A stretch of 43,027 bases of DNA, from positions 1 to 43,027 of IMG/VR virus record IMGVR_UViG_3300002461_000046. One strand, written 5' to 3'. The stretch comes from a virus. The translations under genes and the position numbers were made by a program. Shown one piece after another: positions 9,301 to 17,405 of this stretch (the stretch's first letter is position 1; every line of letters begins with the position of its first letter). The notes under the pieces are model-generated. The model did no database searches and was not told the origin of the DNA. It worked only from the letters and a program-made list of their open reading frames with translations.

Positions 9301-11610
9301 AGGAGAATTACTGGCTCTGCTAATCTTAGCGACATTGGCCTCTGGATTCCTTCCTTTAATCCTGTAGATAAGTTCATTGCTTATGTACACAACAGGGCTT
9401 CGGATACTACCCAGATGCTGTGGGGCAAGACCAAGGCTGAACTTGATGATGCTATTAGAACCTTCACACCAGAGCTTCAGAAAGACCCTAACCTGCTGAT
9501 TGTCACTAAAGATAATCAGGCATGGTGGAGCAAGCTGAACGGACGCCTGGATACTGTAAACATGAAGCGTGCTGATGTCGGCATGACTAAGACAGGTACT
9601 GGCGCATCTGCTATTCCTAAGATTTCTACTGACATTCTTGCAGAGACTGCCGGTGGCTATCAACATTATATCAATGCTCAAGTTAGGAACCTGTCTGATC
9701 TGGCCTTATCTGATATTACTGATACGCTGGATAACTTCTCAGCTATCAACAAGTCTGCTACGGAAGGACAGACTCTGAGTTTTGTTCGTAGTATCACGCA
9801 GGCTCCTAAAGATGCAGCTGCGTCTATGAAGAACCTGTTGATTGGTAATCCTTCTCTCGGTGAATACGAGGGCTGGAGGAGCATTAACAAGAGCTTTGAA
9901 ATCGGCCTGTCTATGGGTGCCAATGCAGTAGGTAAAGCATTTGAACTTGCTGCTGCTCCTCGGTTTAAGAACCCCTTCAGTTCTAAGAAGCCTATGGCTG
10001 CTGAGGATATGAAGGGCTTCAACTACGATAAGTTCTCAGAAGAGCTTAACAAAGCTGGAGTGGTTAATCCATTCGAAGTCTACGACAGGGCAGTGGCTAT
10101 TGAGAAGTATGGCGTGTCTACTCTCTTGGATACTCCTGATACCAGCAAGCGTATCGTGACTGCATCGAACGCATTGGCTGCTACGATTGCTCTTAGGTTT
10201 GGTGAATTGGCTCACCCTATTGTCAACCTCATGAGTATGCCTATCTTAACTTCTCTCGCTAATAGCAAGGCTATGCCAGAGACCTTCATGGGAATTGCTA
10301 AAGGAACAGCTAAAGTACCTACTACGCAGATTATGTTTGAAGGTGTCCGGGCAATGAACTCTCCACGATATGCTTCCTTGAGCAGAAAGTGGGAAGAGCT
10401 TGGATACTACAAACCTCTGGTCTCAGAAGCATCCGAAGTTCTGCGAGCATCACGGGCATTTGAGAAAGGTGCAATTTCTACTATTGAGAACGCGCTAGAC
10501 TCTTCGTTTGTGGCTATGCTCAGTAAGCCTGCTGATTATTCTGAAGCTCTGAGCCGTAAGATGATGATGCACACTGGAGCCGTGCTGGCCAAGAGACTCT
10601 ATCCTGAATTGTCCGATAATGGCGTAACGATCTTTGCTCGTGATTTCATGGATAAGGCACTAGGAAACTACACAGCTTCTCAGCGGCCTGTGTTCTTTCA
10701 GGGGACTATGGGAGTGGCTATGGGCCTGTTTCAAACCTACATGCTGACGCTTGCACAAGGAGTCTACAGGGCTGCGGAGTTGAAGGATTTCGCCACGCTG
10801 GGAAAAGCTGCTATGGCCCAGACAAGCATCTTTGGAACCAGCTCTCTGCCGGGTTTCGATCCTATCAGCAAGGCTATTGCAGAGAATTTCTCTGATGATA
10901 ACGTAGACTTGACGACAGGAACATTTCGTGCTCTTGGAGATACTGGAGCTAGTTACACTCTTTATGGACTGCCAAGCAACTTGACTGGTGCTGCGTTCTA
11001 TACTAGGGGTGACATTGATCCACGCTTTCCGAACGTACTAGCAGGTGCTGATCAAGTAGTGGCTGTGAACATGGGCATTCAGATGGCGCAGGCTATTGGC
11101 TCAGTAGGTAAAGCAGTAGCTAGTGGGGACCAGGATACTGGCCAAGCTATTCTACAAGCCCTGAGTTTACAGTCTATGAGCAGGCCATTGGCCCGAGGTG
11201 CTGAGCTTTTGTCTGATTACAGCATGACTCGTGCAGGTAACACTGTACAGAATGCTGAAGAAGTCTGGAGCTTTACTGGAGTAGCAGCTAGAGTTATGGC
11301 ATTGCGTCCTATGGAAGAAGCTAAGCTCAGGGAAGCACAGCATCTGAACCAACACTACGGATCAGTGGACCGAGACAATAGGCAGGCGGTAGTTAACAAG
11401 CTGCGGACTGCTATCAGGAATGGTAGTGTAGATTCTGAAAGGATTGCAGAGTGGGCTGAGGAATACTTTAGAAATAATGGTACTCCTACAGGATGGCGGT
11501 CAGCATATAAGAATGCAATTGCCAAGACTGACATGAGTGGTAAGGAAGCTCTCATGGACAAGCTCAGGGATGATGACCCTCTGAACTTTATGATAAACAA
11601 TCTGGATTAA
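6310..11610 (+). CDS. Giant virion protein candidate, 1766 aa (internal core / ejection protein by position)
   Basis: Uninterrupted 5.3-kb ORF, the last gene of the plus-strand arm, followed by a terminator. No catalytic motif securely recognised. Confidence 0.55.
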   Translation: MDILFPREESFDTEINSGLISNTSDSQTNILQSLTGGITATAVDIGASIWNSLPGTDEVQTEDLLGRISGDALRIYQENPDTIKTASLIGGAILPGGLAVKGMQAMRNGSKAVNWFTTAGKKRDVAAAAELFANGAKDSTKYKQLIWGMRGKTVANQTADAVAAELAILGTMNAHSYMEDYMDDGLSNFALSVALGGGIGSTFGLISDAYQLRKATSAVEASTFETILGAVKPVGPAMPEATKVQTLGLNVKNLNNIIEGRKAAGKTEFDDLTYGYALKTQREMQKEQLEIFDAMLDSELKGLDQAAKLRLMDTVNSGEGFWGVEKIKSITAPELMSMGKMNNLLMNEPVLKATNRLGDKESVESVFFPETGQFGTKKDVQHYGGMSALNLTEKDLIKSLPKNSSVPNFEYSFEALAKSTPAVEAEYAAWITKFSKLDDDAMQEYLAKSLVSASDIPQVQALAARINQSDVLRNTAKVKIADRAQQAEAIIDEVNIQRTLGGTPVKYQEAAERLLNNSTVSSKYDIMQTRGQGTAHDMLRSWKAGSGVLAMHKAAVAYFARGYAKNARNTDDMALAEKFAEVYESAESIQLRKDLLSTLADADGKIYAYRGVNAPKIFGQNPVESMAVTVGKAGQFTGASGKTMLYKIDVDDVVAAIKDIGPSGDNIELLVRASAREAEAVLSTDGRIAFRKQMENSLKKPAVAYEARLGDLNDYLSENKFSLVTSLIAKGYPPAVIAKRANMPETSVNQFIASARDLDAFEALPDINTFKKLEDVEAANAVTNRPLQLSGNLKKEVYTKGAANLNARTLTNIDGAFKSMTMMNSASAAVRKLGQFFFSDMKEGLDVARMNLAKITNESAGNRFITSADQAARNMGELGPIFSMVGKQIQNIANEVETATLKPISEFMSTVSKDVASLTEYSVAHNLNAGLSGWRIYKDKQFWQKVEKLGEDGKPVTVLEPVTYNGKPFTVVTEGTDQLLTQMQNASKELYELSSVSRRITGSANLSDIGLWIPSFNPVDKFIAYVHNRASDTTQMLWGKTKAELDDAIRTFTPELQKDPNLLIVTKDNQAWWSKLNGRLDTVNMKRADVGMTKTGTGASAIPKISTDILAETAGGYQHYINAQVRNLSDLALSDITDTLDNFSAINKSATEGQTLSFVRSITQAPKDAAASMKNLLIGNPSLGEYEGWRSINKSFEIGLSMGANAVGKAFELAAAPRFKNPFSSKKPMAAEDMKGFNYDKFSEELNKAGVVNPFEVYDRAVAIEKYGVSTLLDTPDTSKRIVTASNALAATIALRFGELAHPIVNLMSMPILTSLANSKAMPETFMGIAKGTAKVPTTQIMFEGVRAMNSPRYASLSRKWEELGYYKPLVSEASEVLRASRAFEKGAISTIENALDSSFVAMLSKPADYSEALSRKMMMHTGAVLAKRLYPELSDNGVTIFARDFMDKALGNYTASQRPVFFQGTMGVAMGLFQTYMLTLAQGVYRAAELKDFATLGKAAMAQTSIFGTSSLPGFDPISKAIAENFSDDNVDLTTGTFRALGDTGASYTLYGLPSNLTGAAFYTRGDIDPRFPNVLAGADQVVAVNMGIQMAQAIGSVGKAVASGDQDTGQAILQALSLQSMSRPLARGAELLSDYSMTRAGNTVQNAEEVWSFTGVAARVMALRPMEEAKLREAQHLNQHYGSVDRDNRQAVVNKLRTAIRNGSVDSERIAEWAEEYFRNNGTPTGWRSAYKNAIAKTDMSGKEALMDKLRDDDPLNFMINNLD

Positions 11611-11624
11611 GAATCAGATTGACG

Positions 11625-11663
11625 TAAAAAAGCCCCTTGGATTTAGGTCCTTGGGGCTTTTTC
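11625..11663. terminator. Bidirectional rho-independent terminator where the two arms converge
   Basis: aaaaaAGCCCCttGGATttagGTCCttGGGGCTtttt. A-run upstream and T-run downstream. It lies between the + gene ending at 11610 and the - gene ending at 11666. Confidence 0.65.
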
Positions 11664-11665
11664 TT

Positions 11666-11929
11666 TTAGAGTGCGAACACTTCTGCGTAAGTCTTTTCCA
11701 TAATCTGTGGATCAAGACCATACATCTGTGGAGTAATAGTGCGTTTGACTTCTCCTAGTACCCACAACTCCATAACCTCAGCTACAGAATTATGCCGCCA
11801 GCCTGAAAACTTCTTCTTCTTAAGTTCTGAGGAAGTTGCAAAGTCGTTATGATCGCTGCGCTTATAGTGCTCAGTCAGTGCGTTACGATCAAACTTCTGA
11901 TAGGAACTACGCTCGTTTGAATTTGCCAT
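11666..11929 (-). CDS. Hypothetical protein, 87 aa
   Basis: ORF with AAAGG upstream of the ATG. Last gene of the minus arm. Confidence 0.7.
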   Translation of the reverse strand: MANSNERSSYQKFDRNALTEHYKRSDHNDFATSSELKKKKFSGWRHNSVAEVMELWVLGEVKRTITPQMYGLDPQIMEKTYAEVFAL

Positions 11930-12401
11930 AGCTGCCTTTCAAAATAGCTTTGAGATTCTTTCTAGACTTCTCATCAGGAGAGATACCATAAGCAGATAGG
12001 CCAAACTCCACATCAGCGAAGAATGCTTCAAATTTTCTATCTTCACAGACTATCCTATCTACTCTCTCACGAATAATGTGAAAGTCTTTCTGCATTTGTT
12101 CAGGCAAAGTAGCAAGCACTGCAATAGGAATTCTGTAATGCGCGTTCTCAGAATTCATTGGATGCTTAGGATCTTCTGGCTTAATCAAGTTACCTTCTTC
12201 TTTATGTCCACTCCAAGGAAACCAACCACTGTTTATGTTCCAATAGCCTCCTTGCTTTGTTTTGAAAGAAACAGCATTCCAAGGTACGCAGCCATTAGTA
12301 GCTACTTGCCAAGTACCCCCTTCCTCGGTGGCATAGTGGGTTACTTCATCTGTGGTATAACGAAGAGTCTTTAAGACTTCGTCTAAATTATAAACGCCCA
12401 T
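11907..12401 (-). CDS. Hypothetical protein, 164 aa. Start moved to MGVYNLDEV.
   Basis: The tracked ORF 11907..12515 overlaps the DHH gene. The internal ATG at 12401 is preceded by AAGGAAGAGAG and lies just downstream of the DHH stop. Confidence 0.65.
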   Translation of the reverse strand: MGVYNLDEVLKTLRYTTDEVTHYATEEGGTWQVATNGCVPWNAVSFKTKQGGYWNINSGWFPWSGHKEEGNLIKPEDPKHPMNSENAHYRIPIAVLATLPEQMQKDFHIIRERVDRIVCEDRKFEAFFADVEFGLSAYGISPDEKSRKNLKAILKGSYGKFKRA

Positions 12402-12447
12402 ACTCTCTTCCTTTCTTTGATACTTGGTTTGAAAAGCAAGCCTATGT

Positions 12448-13464
12448 TTAAGACTTCGCCAAAGGGTGGTCCCTGGGGACTCTGAATCCTGCTGCATGTT
12501 TATGTCCTCCTCCATTGTAGTATTTAGCTATCTCAGAAACATCCATGCCATTATCACAACTGCGCAAGCTAAAGATACGATGGGTTGCAGTATCCCAATA
12601 GCAAGCAGCAAATTCCGTCCCTTCTTTGTGAGCTGCTGCCATTGCGTGGCCAGCATCGGAAGTAAAAGTGTAAGGCAAACTAGCAGCAGGAACAGTAATA
12701 GTATCAGCGTACTTGTGACCAGCAGATTCGAATGGATCATCTCTAAGAATCGTGAAGTCCATGGGCCGTTGGCATACATTCAGAAGCTCCTTAATATCTT
12801 TGTGGTGCTTACGCTCAATGGCTGCACCAGCATTCCACATTCCAAGAAGCTCAGTAGCCGAAGCATTCATGAGCTTGTCCCAGTTCTCAAATGTATATTC
12901 ATAAGAGAATACGTTTGCTTGAATCTCACGAGTACCTGCTAGCTTAAACTTCCAGAGGTCACGATCTTGCACATGTTCCAGAAGTTTAGGCGGAACTTTG
13001 TAATAGGAACTATCTGAAGTAATGCAGTGCTCAAATGCTAAAGGATTGTCGCCAGCAAATTGAGTGTTATGCAAATAATCCCATGCAAGGATAGCACCAC
13101 TACGTTCTAGATCAGTGTACTTATAGAAGTTCTTATGGTTCAGTTCTGCAAGATCATCAATTGCAGTCTTATGGTGATCGATCAAAGTAATAGCCTGTGC
13201 TGTCTCCAGCATCTTCTCTACTACATCTCTTTTATAACTAAAATCAACAAGATAAACAATACGATCTGTAACATCTGGAGGCGGGTCATTATACACTCCC
13301 GGATGAAAGTCGAAGTCCATGCCCCAATCTGCCTGCACTTTCCAGAAGCACCATGCAGCTGAGAATCCATCAGCACAGTTAGCATGGTAGATTACGAGAG
13401 GATTCAAATTCTTAGGCTTCTCTAGCGGAAGCGCATTATCTAGGTTTACCATAAAGTCTGTCAT
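12448..13464 (-). CDS. DHH/DHHA1-family phosphoesterase (NrnA/RecJ-like), 338 aa
   Basis: Motifs in order: IYHANCADGFSAA (motif I), VYLVDFS (II), LIDHHKTA (DHH), GGGHKHAAGF (DHHA1 GGGH). AGGAG RBS. Confidence 0.85.
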   Translation of the reverse strand: MTDFMVNLDNALPLEKPKNLNPLVIYHANCADGFSAAWCFWKVQADWGMDFDFHPGVYNDPPPDVTDRIVYLVDFSYKRDVVEKMLETAQAITLIDHHKTAIDDLAELNHKNFYKYTDLERSGAILAWDYLHNTQFAGDNPLAFEHCITSDSSYYKVPPKLLEHVQDRDLWKFKLAGTREIQANVFSYEYTFENWDKLMNASATELLGMWNAGAAIERKHHKDIKELLNVCQRPMDFTILRDDPFESAGHKYADTITVPAASLPYTFTSDAGHAMAAAHKEGTEFAACYWDTATHRIFSLRSCDNGMDVSEIAKYYNGGGHKHAAGFRVPRDHPLAKS

Positions 13465-13488
13465 ATCAGCTCCTATTAGTTTCTAAAA

Positions 13489-13755
13489 TTAGTAATAAAC
13501 TACTTGCCAATCTTCTGCAAAAAGATCACCTTGACTGGGCGCCCAAGGCACGTAGCCTCCTTGAGCGTTTTTAATATATATATAAGGCTGGGTCATAAGC
13601 GAGTGCTCATCAGGTTCTTGCATAAGAACCCACTGACCTTTTCCATTCCAGCCAGCCCGCTGTAGCTTATGTCCTTCTTTAAGAAATACTAAAGCCTGCC
13701 CAAAATTAATACCCTGCACCTCTTCATCTACATGATCTATCGAACTATCATCCAT
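13489..13755 (-). CDS. DUF2829-family protein (the family that contains Thoeris anti-defence Tad2), 88 aa
   Basis: FGQALVFLKEGHKLQRAGWNGKG ... PYIYIKNAQGGYVPWAPSQGDLFAEDWQVV matches the remembered DUF2829 signature (GWNGKG, PW..SQ.DLLAEDW). TAATG junction with the upstream gene. Confidence 0.85.
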   Translation of the reverse strand: MDDSSIDHVDEEVQGINFGQALVFLKEGHKLQRAGWNGKGQWVLMQEPDEHSLMTQPYIYIKNAQGGYVPWAPSQGDLFAEDWQVVYY

Positions 13756-15014
13756 TATATCAGCTCCTGTTCAGTTAACCAACTATTATCAAGAAGATGC
13801 TCAGGCCATTCCTTCTTGGTCTTATGCATGGGCAAGTACCCACTCTTTCCGCCAACGCTAACAGCTTGTATCTTCTCAGAGTGTTTGAGGTTCTGAAGAA
13901 TGTCAACAAGCTCGGACATTTTACCAATGTCTCTACTAATCACACGAAACAATTCCCCCGGAGTCTGCGGCTTATGGCAGCCTGAGAGATAGCTGAGAAG
14001 CTTACCTGCTACAGAGGAATACTTAGAAGCACCAAACTCTCCCAATGCCCTAGGCATAACTCTCTCTGCTCGTGCTAGTAGGGAGTTAGCTCTCCTGATG
14101 TGAATAGGGAGAATCTTATCGGACATATCAAATACTGCAAGTAGCATAGATACTTTTAGCAAGTGAGTAAATCGTCGTTGCTGGTAGTGGATAAAACGTG
14201 GGTCATCTACTGGAATCTCGTTATCATAAATCTCCTTGCCAATAGCTTTGGCTTCTTTGGTTACAACAATCTCTCCACTGATAGCATCTCTTACTTCGAT
14301 CATCCTGTTAACTAGCGTGGCTTGCAATAGCGGGTCAGGTGCAGTAGGCCATGCAACTTTGTTAGAAGTAGGATCAGCATGAAGCAACACAACACGAGAG
14401 AGGAAGCCATTGCCTAGAGCTTCTGGTGGAAAGGCTAGTGCAAATCCATCAGGAGTGTTAGCCCCTAGCAAGTTAACAGTAGGCTTGTGGACCATCACAC
14501 TCTTGCCCTGAATCTTAGGATGTGTGTATTCTCCTAAGTTATCCCAGAGATTAGTCAGCAGCGTAATGAAGTCCATGTTACCTTGGCCAATAAAGTCTGT
14601 GAACTCTCCTGACATGATGTAAGATTCTGAGGGATCACCGAAAGCTAGGTCCTCTACATCCTCAAGAGCCGCGTTCGTAGGCAGATCAAACTGTTTCATG
14701 TCCATAAGGAAGCGCTCTTTAGAAGTCTTGTCCGCTGAGAATCTATTGAACCCTGTAGCTTTTAGAAGTCTCCTGCCAATGGCCATAGCAGCACCCTTAC
14801 GAGTACCAGGTGAGCCCATCAGCATGATGTATTGGTTAGGATATATTGGCCCAATACCAAAGTCTATCCATACCTTGCGCCCCATATAAGCACCAAGAAT
14901 ACTAAGACACACCCATCTATGATAGATAGCTGGCGCCTCAGAATTATCCAGATCGCAAAGACGCATGTAAGAACTAATAAAGTCATCTTGAATCCTGATA
15001 GGGTTGTGCGTCAT
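13755..15014 (-). CDS. P-loop ATPase, putative VirE/D5-like (SF3-type) replicative helicase, 419 aa
   Basis: Walker A-like LMGSPGTRKGA and hydrophobic-D VVLLHAD. ATGA overlap with the DNA polymerase stop. The position is typical of the helicase/primase partner in PolA modules. Confidence 0.5.
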   Translation of the reverse strand: MTHNPIRIQDDFISSYMRLCDLDNSEAPAIYHRWVCLSILGAYMGRKVWIDFGIGPIYPNQYIMLMGSPGTRKGAAMAIGRRLLKATGFNRFSADKTSKERFLMDMKQFDLPTNAALEDVEDLAFGDPSESYIMSGEFTDFIGQGNMDFITLLTNLWDNLGEYTHPKIQGKSVMVHKPTVNLLGANTPDGFALAFPPEALGNGFLSRVVLLHADPTSNKVAWPTAPDPLLQATLVNRMIEVRDAISGEIVVTKEAKAIGKEIYDNEIPVDDPRFIHYQQRRFTHLLKVSMLLAVFDMSDKILPIHIRRANSLLARAERVMPRALGEFGASKYSSVAGKLLSYLSGCHKPQTPGELFRVISRDIGKMSELVDILQNLKHSEKIQAVSVGGKSGYLPMHKTKKEWPEHLLDNSWLTEQELI

Positions 15015-17305
15015 TTCAGCCCTTTGTATTTCCTAGTTCCGTTAGGGTTAGACTCATCTGCCTCGCCCCAATTCTGTCCATACTTAATGTCAATAGGAAT
15101 GACTAGAGTACGTCCATGAATCTTGACGGGATTATACATACAGTCTGCGAGCCTTCTTGCGAACTCATCCCTCCTATTGATCCGCCATTGTCCAAAGATA
15201 CTGTCATGGATTTGAGCTTTGATTCGAAAGTCTCCATCACTTGGTAGAACAATGTCTCTGTAGGCTCTAACGAATCCTCTGTTGAGAATCTCGACGCTGA
15301 GCTGCTGCGGCTGGTGTGCAACTGCCCCTCTAAGCATACTGTGGTTACGGTCAATATCTCCAAAGAATCTCCTTGTATGTCCAAGTGGACTGACAAGGTA
15401 GCTTGTTGATTTGATCTCATTCTTAATCTCCTGATACCACATACGAACACGAGGGAAAGGACTATGATAAAGATCAAGAAGCTCTTTGGCAAAACCTTTG
15501 AGCGTTCGTTGATTCTTATTGTTAGCCTTGACAATATCTACAATCTCCAAGCCTAGCTTGGCAGCAGTCTGATACAGAATCCTTGCGCCGATGTTCTCAA
15601 TGAAAGTTCCTGCGCCCATCATGTAGTTGGTGCCGTGGACAATCTTCTTGAGCACCTTGTTCCTAAAGAAGTCATCAACCTCTTCATAAGGCATACGAAA
15701 GAACAAGGTTCCTAGCGTACGATAGAAGTCTTTCTCTGCATCTTCAAGCGCCGCGATGAGAGCTTCTTCCTGAGAGCAGTAGGCAGTGGTCCTTCCTTCA
15801 GACTGCTTGTTATCTGCTTCGAAGATTTCAAATCCTTCATCAGCAATGAGCATTGGTTTAGCATATCCCGGAATATTCTGGACTTGCGTTCCAACCCACA
15901 AACTAGAAGCTGAACATGCCATCCTGCTAGTGTCTGTTCCGAATGGATTAAGCGCCCAGAGAAGGCGGCCTCTCCATTGCAAGAAATCATAATAGGTCCC
16001 AATGGCCTTCTGACTACCACGATACTCCAAGATTTCTTCGCAAATACGTGCAAGCAAGGGGTGCTGCTCAGAGACAGCTTTAAGGTTCTTCTCATCCGTA
16101 CCTGACTTACTCTTTCCAATCTTTGGCTTCTTCGCACCGAATACATCGTAGACATACTTCTCTACCTGCTGCCAGCTACCTGGATTAAAGTTAGGGTCTG
16201 CAAACATTGTCTGCAAACGATTCATTGCTTCTTGCAAACGAATATCAGCTGCGGTTCTGAGTTCTACTCGCTTCTCTTGATCTATCTTGATTCCTTCGAA
16301 GTTAGAGTAGAGCGAGGGATAGACAAGAGGGAACTGCTTCTTGTAGTTGGTGAACGTATAAGCCTGCGACTTACGCAGTTGCTCGATCAGAATCCTTGCA
16401 GTGTACCAAGTATCCTTAGCGTTGTATGCCCAATACTTCTCTTGGTCTTTCTTCTTAGCGGCCTGCTCTGCATCATCCTTCCAGAATACGTAATCGTACA
16501 GGGTGTATGATGCTACGAAATCAAGGCTCTTAGGCAATTCAGAATACTCTGAGTGCGCCAAGTACATGGTGTCGAGAGTGTAATGATGCGGCTCGCAGTG
16601 GTAGCGGATCAAGTGCGTAGCATCATACATGCCATTGTGCATAGCCTTGGCAATAGACAGAGCATTGGCAGAGCGCATGAACTTGATGGCTGCAATATAG
16701 TCTCTGTCATCAGGCCAATGGTCACCATCATAATCAATGAGAGGCAGGACATAGGTCTTGAGCGTGCCGTCAGCATATACTCCAGTCCAGCCTGCGCAAG
16801 TGATAAGCGTAGGTCCACCCTCCAGCTCCGTAGGTCCGGGCAGAGTCTTAGTCTCAATGTCATGAGAGATAACAATAGCTTGTGAGAGTTCTTCTAGAAC
16901 AGAAGCCATTGCATAGCGGTCAAGAATCTTCTTGTAGGAAAAGGGCGTAGGTTTCCTATAGATGCTCTTGAGCTTAGTAAGGTCGCGCTCTAGCAGCCAG
17001 TCACCATGAGGTACTGTGTGCATATGAGCCAGCTTGTTGATAATGATAGTAGGCAATTCAAAGTTGAGCCTAGTACCACGCCATTTATCTACAGTAGGTG
17101 CTTCCCCCGGCACCAAGTAGCGAAGAGTCTGTTCGTTGTTGCAGACAATAGCAGAGCAGCCAGCCAGCTTAGCCTTGTGCATCAGTTCGCCAATAGTCAG
17201 GTTCATAGAACTAGACACTGCGTCAATGCCAAGACGACGGAACATATAGGCTATGCCACCAAGATAATCCTTCTCGGATTTTTCGTAGTTCAGGAGAACT
17301 CGCAT
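15011..17305 (-). CDS. Family A DNA polymerase with 3'-5' exonuclease domain, 764 aa
   Basis: Exo I-like SHDIETKT. Motif B-like KKIVHGTNYMMGAG. Motif C KAQIHDSI. Size and domain order fit PolA. AAGGAAG RBS. Confidence 0.9.
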   Translation of the reverse strand: MRVLLNYEKSEKDYLGGIAYMFRRLGIDAVSSSMNLTIGELMHKAKLAGCSAIVCNNEQTLRYLVPGEAPTVDKWRGTRLNFELPTIIINKLAHMHTVPHGDWLLERDLTKLKSIYRKPTPFSYKKILDRYAMASVLEELSQAIVISHDIETKTLPGPTELEGGPTLITCAGWTGVYADGTLKTYVLPLIDYDGDHWPDDRDYIAAIKFMRSANALSIAKAMHNGMYDATHLIRYHCEPHHYTLDTMYLAHSEYSELPKSLDFVASYTLYDYVFWKDDAEQAAKKKDQEKYWAYNAKDTWYTARILIEQLRKSQAYTFTNYKKQFPLVYPSLYSNFEGIKIDQEKRVELRTAADIRLQEAMNRLQTMFADPNFNPGSWQQVEKYVYDVFGAKKPKIGKSKSGTDEKNLKAVSEQHPLLARICEEILEYRGSQKAIGTYYDFLQWRGRLLWALNPFGTDTSRMACSASSLWVGTQVQNIPGYAKPMLIADEGFEIFEADNKQSEGRTTAYCSQEEALIAALEDAEKDFYRTLGTLFFRMPYEEVDDFFRNKVLKKIVHGTNYMMGAGTFIENIGARILYQTAAKLGLEIVDIVKANNKNQRTLKGFAKELLDLYHSPFPRVRMWYQEIKNEIKSTSYLVSPLGHTRRFFGDIDRNHSMLRGAVAHQPQQLSVEILNRGFVRAYRDIVLPSDGDFRIKAQIHDSIFGQWRINRRDEFARRLADCMYNPVKIHGRTLVIPIDIKYGQNWGEADESNPNGTRKYKGLK

Positions 17306-17334
17306 GACTTCCTTAATAGTTATGTTGAACAGCA

Positions 17335-17385
17335 GGCAGAATAAATGAGACTGCCTTCGACCAGCTTGTGACCAGTAGAAGGCAG
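17335..17385 (-). promoter_or_regulatory. Structured leader upstream of the DNA polymerase gene, with alternative hairpins
   Basis: 8-bp stem ctgccttc (17351-17358) / gaaggcag (17378-17385). The same central segment can instead pair with ggcag (17335-17339). Lies in a 100-nt gap in an otherwise gapless operon. Confidence 0.35.
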
Positions 17386-17405
17386 TAGCGTTACTCTGTT
17401 AGAGC

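Noticed and set aside
6310-11610. Idea that the 1766-aa protein is an N4-like virion-encapsidated RNA polymerase.
   Set aside because: I could not find T7-like polymerase motifs (DxxxxD, RxxxKxxxxxxYG, HDS-type motif C) in the translation. The protein is about half the size of N4 vRNAP, and the consensus sigma70 promoters argue for host polymerase use.
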